A stretch of 64,000 nucleotides of DNA from an uncultured Nitrospiraceae bacterium (GCA_963705105.1 CAVPIW010000010.1:1-64000), one strand, 5' to 3'. Numbered from the stretch's first letter, positions 12,715 to 23,465 are shown. A program made the numbers and translations. Notes: generated by a model not told the origin, from the letters alone.

Positions 12715-14616
12715 ATGCTTTTTGAAGATGTCATAGATTTCTTAAGAAAGGTGCCACCGTTTCAGTTTCTCGATGAAAGCGTTTTGAAATCAGTCGCGAG
12801 CAACCTATCTATGGAATTTTACCCGAAAGACACGGTGATTCTTGAGCAGGACGGCCCGGCGAGCGATTTTCTCCGGATCATCAAGAAGGGCGGCGTCAAG
12901 ATCACGAAGCATCACGTAGACGCTGAGGACGTCGTCGTCGACTATCGCGGAGAAGGAGACAATTTCGGTTTCCTCTCCCTGATCGGCAAAGATAGGCAGG
13001 ACACCACGGCCATCGCCATCGATGACACAATCTGTTATCTCCTCGGCAGGGAGAGGGTGCTCAAGCTGCTTGAATCGAATCCAACCTTCACCGAGTATTT
13101 CCTGAAATCCCACCTTTCCAAGTACATGCACCGGACCTACCAGGAGATGCGGCGCCAGAGCCCCCTGCACGGAGGCGGCGATCATCTCCTCTTCACGACG
13201 CAGATCGGCGACGTGCTGAGCCGCGATGTCGTCACAGCCACTGAGGACATGACGATCAGGGAGGCGGCTCAGGTCATGGCCACAAGCAAGGTCACCTCTC
13301 TCGTTATTGTCGACGACAACAATCTCCCCTCCGGTATCGTGACGGATCGTGACCTCCGTGAGAAGGTCGTTGCGAAAGGCAGGTCCGTTGATGAACCCGT
13401 CAGGAACATCATGAGCCTCCCCCTCATCCGCGTCGATGTCAGGGACTATTGCTTTGAAGCCCTCTCGAAGATGGTGAGGTACGACATGCACCACATCCTC
13501 GTCATTAAAGACGGTCATCTGAGGGGCGTGATCTCCAACCACGATCTCATGCTGCTTCAGGGTTCGTTTCCGCTCTCCTTCGTCAAGGATATCGAAAATC
13601 AGAAGTCGATCGAGGGGCTCATCCCCATTTCAAAGAAGATCACCGGCATCATCGGCCTCCTTGTCAAGGAGGGAGCAAAGGCAAGCAACATCACCAAGAT
13701 CATCTCGGAGCTGAACGACCGGCTCGTCAGGAAGATCATCGAGATCGCCGAGAAAAGGTACGGAGAGCCCCCGGTCCCTTTCTGCTGGATCAACTTCGGC
13801 AGTGAAGGCAGGAGGGAGCAGTCTTTCAGGACCGATCAGGACAACGGCATCATATACAGGGACCCCTCTTCATCCCAGGAAGCGGAGGAGGCGAAGCGGT
13901 ATTTCTCGAATTTTTCGGTCTTCGTCAGAGACGGGTTCATGAAATGCGGGTTCGCACTCTGCCCGTCCCAGTACATGGCGAGCAATCCCCAGTGGCGGCA
14001 GCCGATCAAGGCCTGGAAAAAGTACTTCACCGACTGGATCGATTCTCCAACCCCCGACGTCATCCTCAAAACACTCATTTTCTTTGATTTCAGGCCCGTC
14101 TACGGAGAATACGCCCTGGCAGAGGAGCTGCGGGATCACATAACTCCCGCCATGGAGGGACAGAAGATCTTTCTCGGGAACGTCGCCAATGTCATCGTGA
14201 AGAACCTTCCTCCCCTGGGCTTCCTGAAATCGTTTGTCGTCGAAAAGAGCGGGGACCACAAGGATAAACTGAGCCTCAAGATCAAGGGGATCATGCCTCT
14301 GGTGGACATTGTGAGACTTTTCGCTTTTGAAAAAGGGGTGAGGGAGACATCGACGCTCGACCGGCTGAGCATCCTGAGGGAGAGGCACACGATTGCGAAG
14401 GAATATGCCGAAGAAATCGAGCATGCCTTTGAGCTCACGCTGCTCCTGCATATACAGCACAAGCTCGACCAGATCGAGTCCGGACGGGAGCCCGATGATT
14501 TCATCAATCCGAACGCGTTGACGAATCTCCAGAAGAAGACGCTCAAGGCCGTCTTCCAGCTCATTTCGAAACTGCAGGATACCCTCGTCAACAGGTATAA
14601 ACCCTTTATCTGGTGA
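12715..14616 (+). CDS. cNMP-binding / CBS-pair / DUF294 nucleotidyltransferase-like signal protein
   Basis: N-terminal cNMP domain (FLRKVPPFQFL...GDNFG), CBS pair (GIVTDRDLR), FGSEGRREQSFRTDQDNG, MASNPQWR, FFDFR. Confidence 0.9.
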   Translation: MLFEDVIDFLRKVPPFQFLDESVLKSVASNLSMEFYPKDTVILEQDGPASDFLRIIKKGGVKITKHHVDAEDVVVDYRGEGDNFGFLSLIGKDRQDTTAIAIDDTICYLLGRERVLKLLESNPTFTEYFLKSHLSKYMHRTYQEMRRQSPLHGGGDHLLFTTQIGDVLSRDVVTATEDMTIREAAQVMATSKVTSLVIVDDNNLPSGIVTDRDLREKVVAKGRSVDEPVRNIMSLPLIRVDVRDYCFEALSKMVRYDMHHILVIKDGHLRGVISNHDLMLLQGSFPLSFVKDIENQKSIEGLIPISKKITGIIGLLVKEGAKASNITKIISELNDRLVRKIIEIAEKRYGEPPVPFCWINFGSEGRREQSFRTDQDNGIIYRDPSSSQEAEEAKRYFSNFSVFVRDGFMKCGFALCPSQYMASNPQWRQPIKAWKKYFTDWIDSPTPDVILKTLIFFDFRPVYGEYALAEELRDHITPAMEGQKIFLGNVANVIVKNLPPLGFLKSFVVEKSGDHKDKLSLKIKGIMPLVDIVRLFAFEKGVRETSTLDRLSILRERHTIAKEYAEEIEHAFELTLLLHIQHKLDQIESGREPDDFINPNALTNLQKKTLKAVFQLISKLQDTLVNRYKPFIW

Positions 14617-14776
14617 GCATGGCCGGTATGCCAGGACGAATGAACAGGATGATGCTGATACATGACAATGTGAGAGGGCGTCACCGCCTCTTCGAAAGGA
14701 GGTGATCGGCTCGGAGTTCAGTAAGAACCAAGCCGTATGAAGATGATTTTCGGCAAAGGAGGTGGGAACACAACGA

Positions 14777-15076
14777 ATGGATGTGAGGGACGAAATCCTT
14801 GGCGATCAAGATTTCAAAAGGCTGAGAAGCTGGAAAAACACGGTATCCTATGTCCTGACCGTTTTGACGATGGTCGTGTATTTCGGTTTCCTCTTTTTGA
14901 TCGCTTTCAGGAGGGATCTCCTCGCAAGAGAACTGACGAAAAACGTGACGTTCGGAATCGTTTTCGGGTTGGGTGTCATCGTAATTTCCTTCGTTTTTAC
15001 GGGAATTTACGTTTGGTGGGCGAACAACAAGTACGATGTGCTGGTGTCAAAGGTCAAAGAGAAGATAGGTGATTAG
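14777..15076 (+). CDS. DUF485 (YjcH-like) small membrane protein
   Basis: Two TM helices, GIYVWWANNKYD motif, directly upstream of actP. Confidence 0.85.
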   Translation: MDVRDEILGDQDFKRLRSWKNTVSYVLTVLTMVVYFGFLFLIAFRRDLLARELTKNVTFGIVFGLGVIVISFVFTGIYVWWANNKYDVLVSKVKEKIGD

Positions 15077-16645
15077 ATGATCCGGTCCGTCATAGGAAAG
15101 ACAAGTCCCGTGGCTGTTATCTACTTCGTCCTCTTTGTACTGATCGCTCTGGGGTTCATATACTGGGCGGCCAAGGGGACGAGAACGGCACGGGAATCCT
15201 ATTCGGCCGGCAAGGGTATATCGGGGTTTCAGAACGGTCTCGCCCTCGCGGGAGATTACATGAGCGCCGCATCGCTTCTCGGCATCGCCGGTCTCGTGTC
15301 CATGAAGGGCTATGACGGGCTCATCTATTCGGTCGGCTGGCTTGTCGGCTGGCCTGTCGTCGTTTTTCTCCTTGCCGAGCCCTTGAGAAACCTCGGCAAA
15401 TATACCTTTGCCGACGTCGTCGCTTACAGGCTGAGTCAAAGACCGATACGCACGGCTGCCTCCCTCGGCGCTATCGTCACGGTCATCCTTTACCTGATCG
15501 CACAGATTGTGGGCGCCGGATCCCTCGTCAATCTGATGTTCAACATCTCCCATGAACTGTCGATGGTGCTCGTCGGGACCCTCATGATCTCCTTTGTTCT
15601 CTTCGGCGGGATGCTCTCAACAACGTGGGTGCAGATCATCAAGGCGATTTTGCTGCTCGGCGGCGCCACGCTGCTCATGGGCTTTACCCTGTCGAGATTC
15701 GATTTCGATGCCGGGGCCCTCTTCAGTTCAGCGGCCAGGACATACGGGAATGCCTTTCTCCAGCCCGGCGGGTTTGTAGACAGTCCCGTTGACCTCTTCT
15801 CGCTCGGGATAGCCCTCATGTTCGGGACCGCCGGACTTCCCCACATTCTGACGCGGTTCTATACCGTTCCGAATGCGAAGGAGGCCCGGAAATCGGTCTT
15901 CTATGCCACCGGCTTCATCGGATATTTCTATGTTCTTACCTTTATCATCGGCTTCGGCGCAGCGGTTCTCGTCGGACGGGATGTCATCGCCTCGACCGAC
16001 GGAGGGGGGAACATGGCTGCTCTCCTGCTTGCCGAGGCCCTTGCGGGGAACCTCTTCCTCGGGTTCCTCGCCGCCGTCGCCTTCACGACCATCCTCGCCG
16101 TCGTCGTCGGCCTGACCCTCACGGGCGCCTCGATGCTGTCGAGCGACATCTATGTCGGCGTGATCCGGCGGGGCAGGTCAGCGGAACGGCAGGAGGTCCT
16201 TGTCTCAAATGTCTCGATCATTGCCCTCGGTTTGACGGGGATCCTCCTCGGTATCCTCTTCAAGGGGCAGAACGTGGCCTTTCTCGTGGGGCTCGCCTTT
16301 GCCGTCGCGGCGAGTGCGAATTTTCCGGCCCTTATCATGTCTTTGTTCTGGAAGAGGTTCACGACCCAGGGGGCCGTGGCGAGCATCATGACGGGCCTGC
16401 TGCTTGCCGTCGTTTTCATCATCTTCGGTCCGACGGTATGGGTGGAGGTACTCGGGAACGCCTCGCCCATCTTTCCTCTCAAGAATCCCGGTTTGTTTTC
16501 CATGGGAGCGGCGTTTCTCGCCGGCATCACGGTATCGCTGATGACGAGCGAGGTCGCCGCTGAGGAGAAATTTGATGCGCAAAGAGTAAAAACAGCTTTA
16601 GGAATGGGTGCGGAGCACTTCAAAACACGCCGAATAAGGAGGTAG
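15077..16645 (+). CDS. actP: Cation/acetate symporter (SSS family)
   Basis: NGLALAGDYMSAAS, AEPLRNLGKYTFADV, GTAGLPHILTRFYTVP, AFAVAASANFP. Confidence 0.92.
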   Translation: MIRSVIGKTSPVAVIYFVLFVLIALGFIYWAAKGTRTARESYSAGKGISGFQNGLALAGDYMSAASLLGIAGLVSMKGYDGLIYSVGWLVGWPVVVFLLAEPLRNLGKYTFADVVAYRLSQRPIRTAASLGAIVTVILYLIAQIVGAGSLVNLMFNISHELSMVLVGTLMISFVLFGGMLSTTWVQIIKAILLLGGATLLMGFTLSRFDFDAGALFSSAARTYGNAFLQPGGFVDSPVDLFSLGIALMFGTAGLPHILTRFYTVPNAKEARKSVFYATGFIGYFYVLTFIIGFGAAVLVGRDVIASTDGGGNMAALLLAEALAGNLFLGFLAAVAFTTILAVVVGLTLTGASMLSSDIYVGVIRRGRSAERQEVLVSNVSIIALGLTGILLGILFKGQNVAFLVGLAFAVAASANFPALIMSLFWKRFTTQGAVASIMTGLLLAVVFIIFGPTVWVEVLGNASPIFPLKNPGLFSMGAAFLAGITVSLMTSEVAAEEKFDAQRVKTALGMGAEHFKTRRIRR

Positions 16646-16650
16646 TACAA

Positions 16651-18720
16651 ATGGCGGAAGAAAAGGAAAAAAAGGAAGCAACTGAGACGTCTGAAGCTGA
16701 AATTGCGGTGCATTGGGGTGAAGAGCAGTTCTTCTTTCCCTCAACGAAGTTCATCGCCCAGGCGAACATGACCGATCCGGCTGTCTACGACCGTTTCAGC
16801 CTGGAGAACTTCCCGAACTGCTTCAAGGAGTACGCAGACCTGTTAGACTGGTACGAGTATTGGCATACAACCCTTGATACCAGCGATGCGCCGTGCTTCA
16901 AGTGGTTTGTGGGCGGCAAGATCAATGCAAGCTACAATTGCGTTGACAGGCATCTTGCAAAGAACAAGAACAAGACGGCGCTCCATTTCGTCTCGGAAGT
17001 CGAGAGCGAGAGGATCGAGCATGTCACCTACCAGGAGCTCTATGTCCGGGTCAACGAGATGGCTGCGCTCCTCCGCGACTTCTGCGGCCTGAAGGCAGGC
17101 GACCGCGTCACCCTGCACCTGCCGATGGTGGCGGAACTGCCGATCACCATGCTCGCCTGCGCCCGCCTCGGCGTTATTCATTCCCAGGTCTTCGGCGGGT
17201 TCAGCGGTAAGGCCTGCGCCGACAGGATCGTCGACTCCAAGAGTAACGTTCTCATCACAATGGATGCTTACTGGCGCGCCGGCACGCTCGGCGACCACAA
17301 GGAGAAGGCCGACATCGCCGTTGAAGAGGCGGCTAAAGAGGGTCAGAAGGTAGATAAGGTTCTGGTATGGCAGCGCTATCCCGGGAAGTACTCTGCCAAG
17401 ACCCCCATGGTGGAAGGCCGCGACTTCATCGTCAACGACGTGCTGAAGAAGTACTATGGTGCGAGGATCGATCCGGTCCCAATGCCTGCCGAGGCAGTTC
17501 TGTTTCTCATGTACACAAGCGGCACGACGGGAAAGCCCAAGGGTGCCCAGCACAGCACCGGCGGCTACCTTGCCTATGTGACCGGCACCTCGAAATACAT
17601 CCAGGATATCCATCCGGAAGATGTGTACTGGTGCATGGCTGACATCGGCTGGATCACCGGCCACTCTTACATTGTCTACGGTCCGTTGTCGCTCTGTGCA
17701 TCCAGCGTTATTTTTGAGGGTGTGCCGACCCATCCGGATCCGGGGAGACCGTGGCGAGTCGCCCAGGAGCTTGATGTGAACATCTTCCATACGGCGCCGA
17801 CAGCCATCCGCGCCCTGAGGAAGGTCGGTCCCGACGAGCCGAAGAAGTACAACTACGAGTTCAAGCACATGACCACCGTGGGCGAGCCCATCGAGCCCGA
17901 GGTCTGGAAGTGGTACTATCACGAGGTCGGCAAAGGCAAGGCCGCCATCGTCGACACATGGTGGCAGACTGAGAACGGCGGCTTCCTCTGCAGCACCATT
18001 CCGGCCATCAAGGCCATGAAGCCCGGCAGCGCCGGCCCCGGCGTTCCCGGTATTCACCCCATCGTCTATGACGAAGATGGAAACGTCGTCCCTCCGGGGT
18101 CAGGGAAAGCAGGGAACATCTGCATCCAGAACCCGTGGCCCGGCATGTTCCAGACCGTCTGGGGAGACCGCGACCGCTACGTCAGGCAGTATTTCGAGAA
18201 GTACAACAAGGATCCCAAGAGCAAGAGGTGGCAGGATTGGCCGTACCTGACCGGCGACGCTGCAGTCGTGGCGGCTGACGGGTATGTCCGTATCCTCGGC
18301 CGTATCGACGACGTTATCAACGTCTCGGGCCACAGGCTCGGGACCAAGGAAATCGAATCTGCGGCACTTACCCACCCCGATGTTGCGGAAGCAGCCGTTG
18401 TTCCGGTGAAACATGAAGTCAAGGGCAAGGAACCCGATCTGTATGTTGCCTTGAAGCCCGGCAGAGCGGGTGGCCCCGAAGTCGCAAAAGCAATATCCGG
18501 GTGTATAGTCAGGGAGATCGGCGCGATTGCACGGCCGAGAAAGGTCTGGATCGTGCCTGACATGCCGAAGACCCGTTCAGGAAAGATCATGCGCCGCGTC
18601 CTCGGCGCCATTTCCAATGGCACCGATGTGGGCGACGTGATGACACTGGCAAACCCTGAGATCGTCGAGGCAATCACGAAGATGGTGCAGGGCGAAGGAG
18701 GGGGGCCGGTAATTCCGTAA
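16651..18720 (+). CDS. acs: Acetyl-CoA synthetase (AMP-forming), copy 1
   Basis: [45 protein letters not shown]. Confidence 0.95.
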   Translation: MAEEKEKKEATETSEAEIAVHWGEEQFFFPSTKFIAQANMTDPAVYDRFSLENFPNCFKEYADLLDWYEYWHTTLDTSDAPCFKWFVGGKINASYNCVDRHLAKNKNKTALHFVSEVESERIEHVTYQELYVRVNEMAALLRDFCGLKAGDRVTLHLPMVAELPITMLACARLGVIHSQVFGGFSGKACADRIVDSKSNVLITMDAYWRAGTLGDHKEKADIAVEEAAKEGQKVDKVLVWQRYPGKYSAKTPMVEGRDFIVNDVLKKYYGARIDPVPMPAEAVLFLMYTSGTTGKPKGAQHSTGGYLAYVTGTSKYIQDIHPEDVYWCMADIGWITGHSYIVYGPLSLCASSVIFEGVPTHPDPGRPWRVAQELDVNIFHTAPTAIRALRKVGPDEPKKYNYEFKHMTTVGEPIEPEVWKWYYHEVGKGKAAIVDTWWQTENGGFLCSTIPAIKAMKPGSAGPGVPGIHPIVYDEDGNVVPPGSGKAGNICIQNPWPGMFQTVWGDRDRYVRQYFEKYNKDPKSKRWQDWPYLTGDAAVVAADGYVRILGRIDDVINVSGHRLGTKEIESAALTHPDVAEAAVVPVKHEVKGKEPDLYVALKPGRAGGPEVAKAISGCIVREIGAIARPRKVWIVPDMPKTRSGKIMRRVLGAISNGTDVGDVMTLANPEIVEAITKMVQGEGGGPVIP

Positions 18721-18763
18721 CACCGTCACCGGTTCACCCGTAACCGCAGTACCTTGTCTTTAC

Positions 18764-18795
18764 AGGGCAGGAAGGTTTACCTTCCTGCCCTTTTT
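18764..18795 (+). terminator. Intrinsic terminator after acs copy 1
   Basis: agggcaggaaggt/accttcctgccct inverted repeat followed by a T run. Confidence 0.8.
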
Positions 18796-18930
18796 CTGTC
18801 CGACCCGGACCCCCAAAAAGTTCTGGATTTTGACAGAAAATATGCTACACTTACTGGGTCGATTGTTCGGCTCCTATCGCTCAAGGGGAGAAGAAAGAAT
18901 AGGCAATCGATGTAGGAAAAGCCAGTCAAT

Positions 18931-19497
18931 ATGAGACGATTCATATGCAAGACCTGCACCTTCGAATGGGATGGTCCCGAAGACGAGCACTTCTGCCCCT
19001 TCTGCAGCGGCAGCGAGATTACTCCTTACCGCCCTCTCGTGAAGCGCAAGTGCCTCTCCTGCGCCTACGTCTGGACGGAAGTTGATCCCGAACCTGCCTG
19101 TCCCGTGTGCGGAAGCGGTCGCATCACTGACTATGTGAAACCAAACAAGGTGAAATGCAATGCCTGTTCGCACAGCTGGATATCCCGTGATGACTATCCG
19201 ACGTGCACGCAGTGCGAAAGTTTTGATGTCTCTCTTGATTATGACTACGAGTTGCGGTACGAACTGTACCTCGAAGAAGGGCCGGGTTCCCAGACGAGAC
19301 AGGTAGTCCTGACTGTGGCAGACCTTTGCACTCTCGACAGTGCTTCTGCCATGGTGATGGTCGAATGCTGTCCCGTCCTCATCATGGATGACCTCGACGA
19401 GCCGATTGCGTTGGAGCTCAAGATACGATTTGAGGACATGGGCGCCAGGATCACCATGAAAGCTTGCGAAAAAGGCGATCCCCCCCCTGCAGACTGA
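18931..19497 (+). CDS. Triple zinc-ribbon protein with C-terminal ribosomal L7/L12-CTD-like domain
   Basis: Three CxxC..W..CxxC repeats. The C-terminal ~70 aa follow the L7/L12 CTD pattern by eye. Confidence 0.6.
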   Translation: MRRFICKTCTFEWDGPEDEHFCPFCSGSEITPYRPLVKRKCLSCAYVWTEVDPEPACPVCGSGRITDYVKPNKVKCNACSHSWISRDDYPTCTQCESFDVSLDYDYELRYELYLEEGPGSQTRQVVLTVADLCTLDSASAMVMVECCPVLIMDDLDEPIALELKIRFEDMGARITMKACEKGDPPPAD

Positions 19498-19573
19498 AAA
19501 CATTTTCTGCCGAGACCCGTGACAGGGTTCTGAGTGCCGCCGTGGTCTCCGGGGAGCGCCGACAGCAAGAAGG

Positions 19574-20527
19574 ATGGAGATGAGAAGAACAGGTTTCTTG
19601 TATGATGACCGGTTTCTGCTCCACAAGACGGGTGACGAGCACCCTGAGCTGCCCGACCGCCTTCTTGCCGCGTATCTCGGTGTCGAGCAGGGGGGCTTGC
19701 TCCCCCATCTCACCGTGATCGAGGCGAAGCGGGCGCGGCAGGACTGGGTGGAGGCGGTGCATGACATCAAGCAGATCATGGACTTCGAGGAGTCCTGCAT
19801 GTACGGCCTCGACATGTTTCAGCACCCCGACAACAGGATATGCAGGGAAAGCTTCGAAACGGCGATGCTCGCCGTGGGCGGCATCATCGAAGCCGTGCAG
19901 CGTGTGATGAAAGGGGATCTCGACAATGCCTTCTGCGCCGTTCGCCCGCCGGGCCACCATGCCGAGGTGAGCAGGGCCATGGGATTCTGCTTTTTCAACA
20001 ATATCGCCATTGCGGCCCGGTATCTCCAGCATGTGTTCGGCATAGGCCGCATCGGCATCGTCGATATCGATGTCCATCACGGCAACGGCACCCAGCAGAT
20101 CTTCGAGGATGACCCCCGGGTCTTCTTCTATTCGATCCATGAACATCCCTCATTCGCCTATCCCGGGACGGGCCGCGAGTTCGAGAAGGGTACCGGACCG
20201 GGCAGCGGTTTCACCCTCAATTCACTCGTCCTGCCCGGCCAGGGCGACGCAGAATACCGGGAGTTGCTCGAGAGAGACCTCCTCCCGGCCTTCGATGATT
20301 ATAAGCCGGAAGTCATCCTGGTATCGGCGGGGTTTGACGCCCACGTCGATGACGACATGTCGGACATCCGCCTCTCGACGGAGGGTTATACCTGGATGAT
20401 GGAAGAGATCGTGAAAATGGCCGACCGCTATGCTCAGGGAAGGATCATATCGGTCCTGGAAGGGGGATACTGCCTGTACCGGCTCCCCGAACTGATACGA
20501 AACCATGTCAAGGTCCTGCTGGGCTGA
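19574..20527 (+). CDS. Zn-dependent histone deacetylase family (AcuC-like) protein
   Basis: HPELPDRL, RPPGHHA, GFCFFNN, DIDVHHGNGTQ, SAGFDAH, LEGGY. Confidence 0.93.
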   Translation: MEMRRTGFLYDDRFLLHKTGDEHPELPDRLLAAYLGVEQGGLLPHLTVIEAKRARQDWVEAVHDIKQIMDFEESCMYGLDMFQHPDNRICRESFETAMLAVGGIIEAVQRVMKGDLDNAFCAVRPPGHHAEVSRAMGFCFFNNIAIAARYLQHVFGIGRIGIVDIDVHHGNGTQQIFEDDPRVFFYSIHEHPSFAYPGTGREFEKGTGPGSGFTLNSLVLPGQGDAEYRELLERDLLPAFDDYKPEVILVSAGFDAHVDDDMSDIRLSTEGYTWMMEEIVKMADRYAQGRIISVLEGGYCLYRLPELIRNHVKVLLG

Positions 20528-20554
20528 TGCAGGACATGGTATCGAGGGAAAAAG

Positions 20555-21232
20555 ATGTTTATCGATAAATCAATGACGAGAGATGTCATCACCGTCCATC
20601 CCGACGACGGCATCGCCGGGGCGCACGAGAAACTTATGCGGCACCAAGTGAGGCATCTGCCCGTCGTGGAGAGGGACAACAGGCTCGTCGGGATCGTGAG
20701 CGACCGTGACATTCGCAGTGTGCTGCCTTCCGTCGTCCTCCCCGCGGAGGAGATCAAACGGCAGGGAGAGCAGATAGCGAAGCTCAGGATACGGGACATC
20801 ATGACGAAGGACCCCGTCACGATCACTCCCATGCACACCATAGAGGATGCCCTTCTCCTGATGCAGAGGATGCGCGTCGGCGCGTTTCCCGTTGTCGACG
20901 AACAGGGCATATTGCGGGGGATCATATCGATCCGCGATCTCATGCGGGCCTTCATCAACGTCCTGGGCATCGAAGAGCCCGGGACCCTGCTCTGCATCCT
21001 CGCAGAAGACAAGCTCGGCACGACCAAGAGGATCGTCGACGCCATCAGCGAAGAGAAGGTCCCCTTCGGGAGCATCCTCGTGGCGAGGCACTGGGAGGAG
21101 GGCAAGCGGGCGGTCTTTCCCTATCTGCTGACGCAGAACGTCGCGAAGGTGAGAAGAAAGCTCGAATCCATGGGTTTCACCCTGCTGAACCCCATGGATT
21201 GGTATCTCGACCAATTGCCAAAGAGTGAGTGA
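20555..21232 (+). CDS. CBS-pair plus ACT-like protein (AcuB-like)
   Basis: MTRDVITV, RHLPVV, GIVSDRDIR, IMTKDPVTI, then a C-terminal ACT-like segment. Confidence 0.85.
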   Translation: MFIDKSMTRDVITVHPDDGIAGAHEKLMRHQVRHLPVVERDNRLVGIVSDRDIRSVLPSVVLPAEEIKRQGEQIAKLRIRDIMTKDPVTITPMHTIEDALLLMQRMRVGAFPVVDEQGILRGIISIRDLMRAFINVLGIEEPGTLLCILAEDKLGTTKRIVDAISEEKVPFGSILVARHWEEGKRAVFPYLLTQNVAKVRRKLESMGFTLLNPMDWYLDQLPKSE

Positions 21233-21260
21233 GCAGCACAAAGCAAATAGTATAAATAAA

Positions 21261-21392
21261 GATGGATTCGTAAAAGTCGTCATGCCCGCGAAGGCGGGTA
21301 TCCAGACCAAGAGAATCTACCTGATAAAACTGGATTCCCGTCTGCACGGGAATGACGGACAAGTGCTTTGCAGGACTTTTTACGCAGTCGTC
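21261..21392. repeat. Nested palindromic REP-like element
   Basis: Outer IR gatggattcgtaaaagtc/gactttttacgcagtcgtc. Inner pair gtcatgcccgcgaaggcgggtatccag (21279-21305) and ctggattcccgtctgcacgggaatgac (21330-21356). Confidence 0.8.
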
Positions 21393-21459
21393 AATAAAGG
21401 TTTTTTCAATAATGGGTGCGTTGCGCCTCAATAAAACAGTCGTAAGGAGGAAAAAGTAG

Positions 21460-23442
21460 ATGGCAGAAGAGAAGAAAGAGAAAATCGAAGTCCTATCGAC
21501 AGAGGAGAGAAAGTTCCCGCCGATACCGGAGTTCAGCGCGCAGGCTCATATCAAGAGCTTTGCTGAATATGAGGCTCTATACAAGAGGTCCGTTGATGAC
21601 CCCGAGGGTTTCTGGGGCGAGTTGGCAGAGAAAAGACTCCACTGGTTCAAGAAATGGGACAAGGTCTGGGATTGGGACTTCAACAAGCCCGACATCAAGT
21701 GGTTCGTCAACGGCAAACTGAACGTCTCCTACAACTGCCTCGACCGGTGGGTGAACACGGCGACGAGGAACAAAGCGGCGATCATCTGGGAGTCCGACGG
21801 CGGCAGGTATATGACCTATACCTATCAGCAGCTGTACACAGAGGTGAACAAGTTCGCCAACGTTCTGAAGAAGCACGGCGTGCAGAAGGGCGACAGGGTC
21901 AGCATCTACCTTCCCATGATCCCCGAGCTTCCTATCTCGATGCTTGCCTGCGCGAGGATCGGCGCAATCCATAGCATCGTCTTCGGCGGATTCAGCGCCA
22001 CCGCCCTCAGGGACAGGATACAGGACTGCAAAGCGAAGCTCGTCATCACCTCCGACAAGGGCATGAGAGGCGGCAGGCAGGTGCCCCTGAAGACCAATTC
22101 CGACGAGGCCCTTAATGAGTGCCCCACCGTCGAGAAGGTCATCGTCGTCAAGAGGACGGACGGCGAAGTCGACATGGAGCCCGGCAGGGATCTGTGGTGG
22201 CACGACGAGATGGGCGCCAAGGACATCGGCCTCTACTGCGAGCCTGTACAGGTCGACGCGGAGGACCCGCTCTTCATCCTCTACACCTCCGGCTCCACAG
22301 GCAAACCCAAGGGCGTTCTCCACACGACAGGCGGCTATCTCCTCTATGTCAACGTGACAACGCAGTGGATCTTCGACATCCATGACGAGGATATCCACTT
22401 CTGCACCGCCGACATCGGATGGGTCACAGGCCACAGCTACATCGTCTATGGTCCGTTGAGCAACGGCGCCACGAGCCTCATGTTCGAGGGCGTCCCGACC
22501 TACCCGAACCCCGGCAGGTTCTGGGACATCGTCGACAAGTTCGGCGTCAACATCTTCTACACAGCGCCGACGGCCATCAGGGCGCTCATGAGGGAAGGCG
22601 AAGGCTGGGTCAACAGCCACGACCTGTCCTCTCTCCGGGTCCTCGGGACAGTCGGCGAGCCCATCAACCCCGAAGCCTGGATGTGGTATTACAAGAACGT
22701 CGGGAAGGAGAAGCTCCCCATCGTCGATACCTGGTGGCAGACCGAGACGGGCGGCATCCTCATCACCCCGCTGCCCGGCGCCATGACCCTGAAGCCCGGC
22801 TCTGCGACGAGGCCCTTCCCCGGCGTCGTTCCCGTCATTCTCAATGAGAAGGGCGAGAAGGCAGGGCCCGACGAGGGCGGTTACCTCTGCATCTCCCAGC
22901 CCTGGCCGGGCATGCTCCGCGGCACCTACGGCGACCCTGAGAACAAGAGGCTCAAAGAGGTCTACTTCTCGAGGTTTGCCGGCATGTACTTCACCGGTGA
23001 CGGCGCCCGGTTCGACAAGGACGGCGACTACTGGCTCATGGGCCGTATTGACGACGTCATCAACATCTCGGGCCACAGGCTCGGCACCGCCGAAGTCGAA
23101 TCGGCCCTCGTCAGCCACGATTCCGTGGCCGAAGCGGCCGTCGTCGGGTACCCGCACGACATCAAGGGTGAAGGCATCTACTGCTACGTCACCCTGAAGG
23201 AAGGCATCCAGGCGACGGATGAACTGAAGAAGATCCTCGTCGGCCATGTCAGGACCGTCATCGGCCCGATCGCCTCTCCGGACAAGATCCAGTTCGCACC
23301 GGGTCTGCCGAAGACCAGAAGCGGCAAGATCATGAGAAGGATCCTGCGGAAGATCGCTCATGGCCAGACCGATGAACTCGGCGACATTAGCACCCTTGCT
23401 GATCCTTCCGTCGTCGACAACCTCGTCAAGGGCAAGCTGTAA
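21460..23442 (+). CDS. acs: Acetyl-CoA synthetase (AMP-forming), copy 2
   Basis: [59 protein letters not shown]. Confidence 0.96.
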   Translation: MAEEKKEKIEVLSTEERKFPPIPEFSAQAHIKSFAEYEALYKRSVDDPEGFWGELAEKRLHWFKKWDKVWDWDFNKPDIKWFVNGKLNVSYNCLDRWVNTATRNKAAIIWESDGGRYMTYTYQQLYTEVNKFANVLKKHGVQKGDRVSIYLPMIPELPISMLACARIGAIHSIVFGGFSATALRDRIQDCKAKLVITSDKGMRGGRQVPLKTNSDEALNECPTVEKVIVVKRTDGEVDMEPGRDLWWHDEMGAKDIGLYCEPVQVDAEDPLFILYTSGSTGKPKGVLHTTGGYLLYVNVTTQWIFDIHDEDIHFCTADIGWVTGHSYIVYGPLSNGATSLMFEGVPTYPNPGRFWDIVDKFGVNIFYTAPTAIRALMREGEGWVNSHDLSSLRVLGTVGEPINPEAWMWYYKNVGKEKLPIVDTWWQTETGGILITPLPGAMTLKPGSATRPFPGVVPVILNEKGEKAGPDEGGYLCISQPWPGMLRGTYGDPENKRLKEVYFSRFAGMYFTGDGARFDKDGDYWLMGRIDDVINISGHRLGTAEVESALVSHDSVAEAAVVGYPHDIKGEGIYCYVTLKEGIQATDELKKILVGHVRTVIGPIASPDKIQFAPGLPKTRSGKIMRRILRKIAHGQTDELGDISTLADPSVVDNLVKGKL

Positions 23443-23465
23443 AAAATTAATCATTATGTTGGTCG

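Noticed and set aside
14617..14776. GGA-rich spacer with a hairpin as a CsrA target or small RNA
   Set aside because: GGA motifs are common at this GC content and no recognisable family structure was found.
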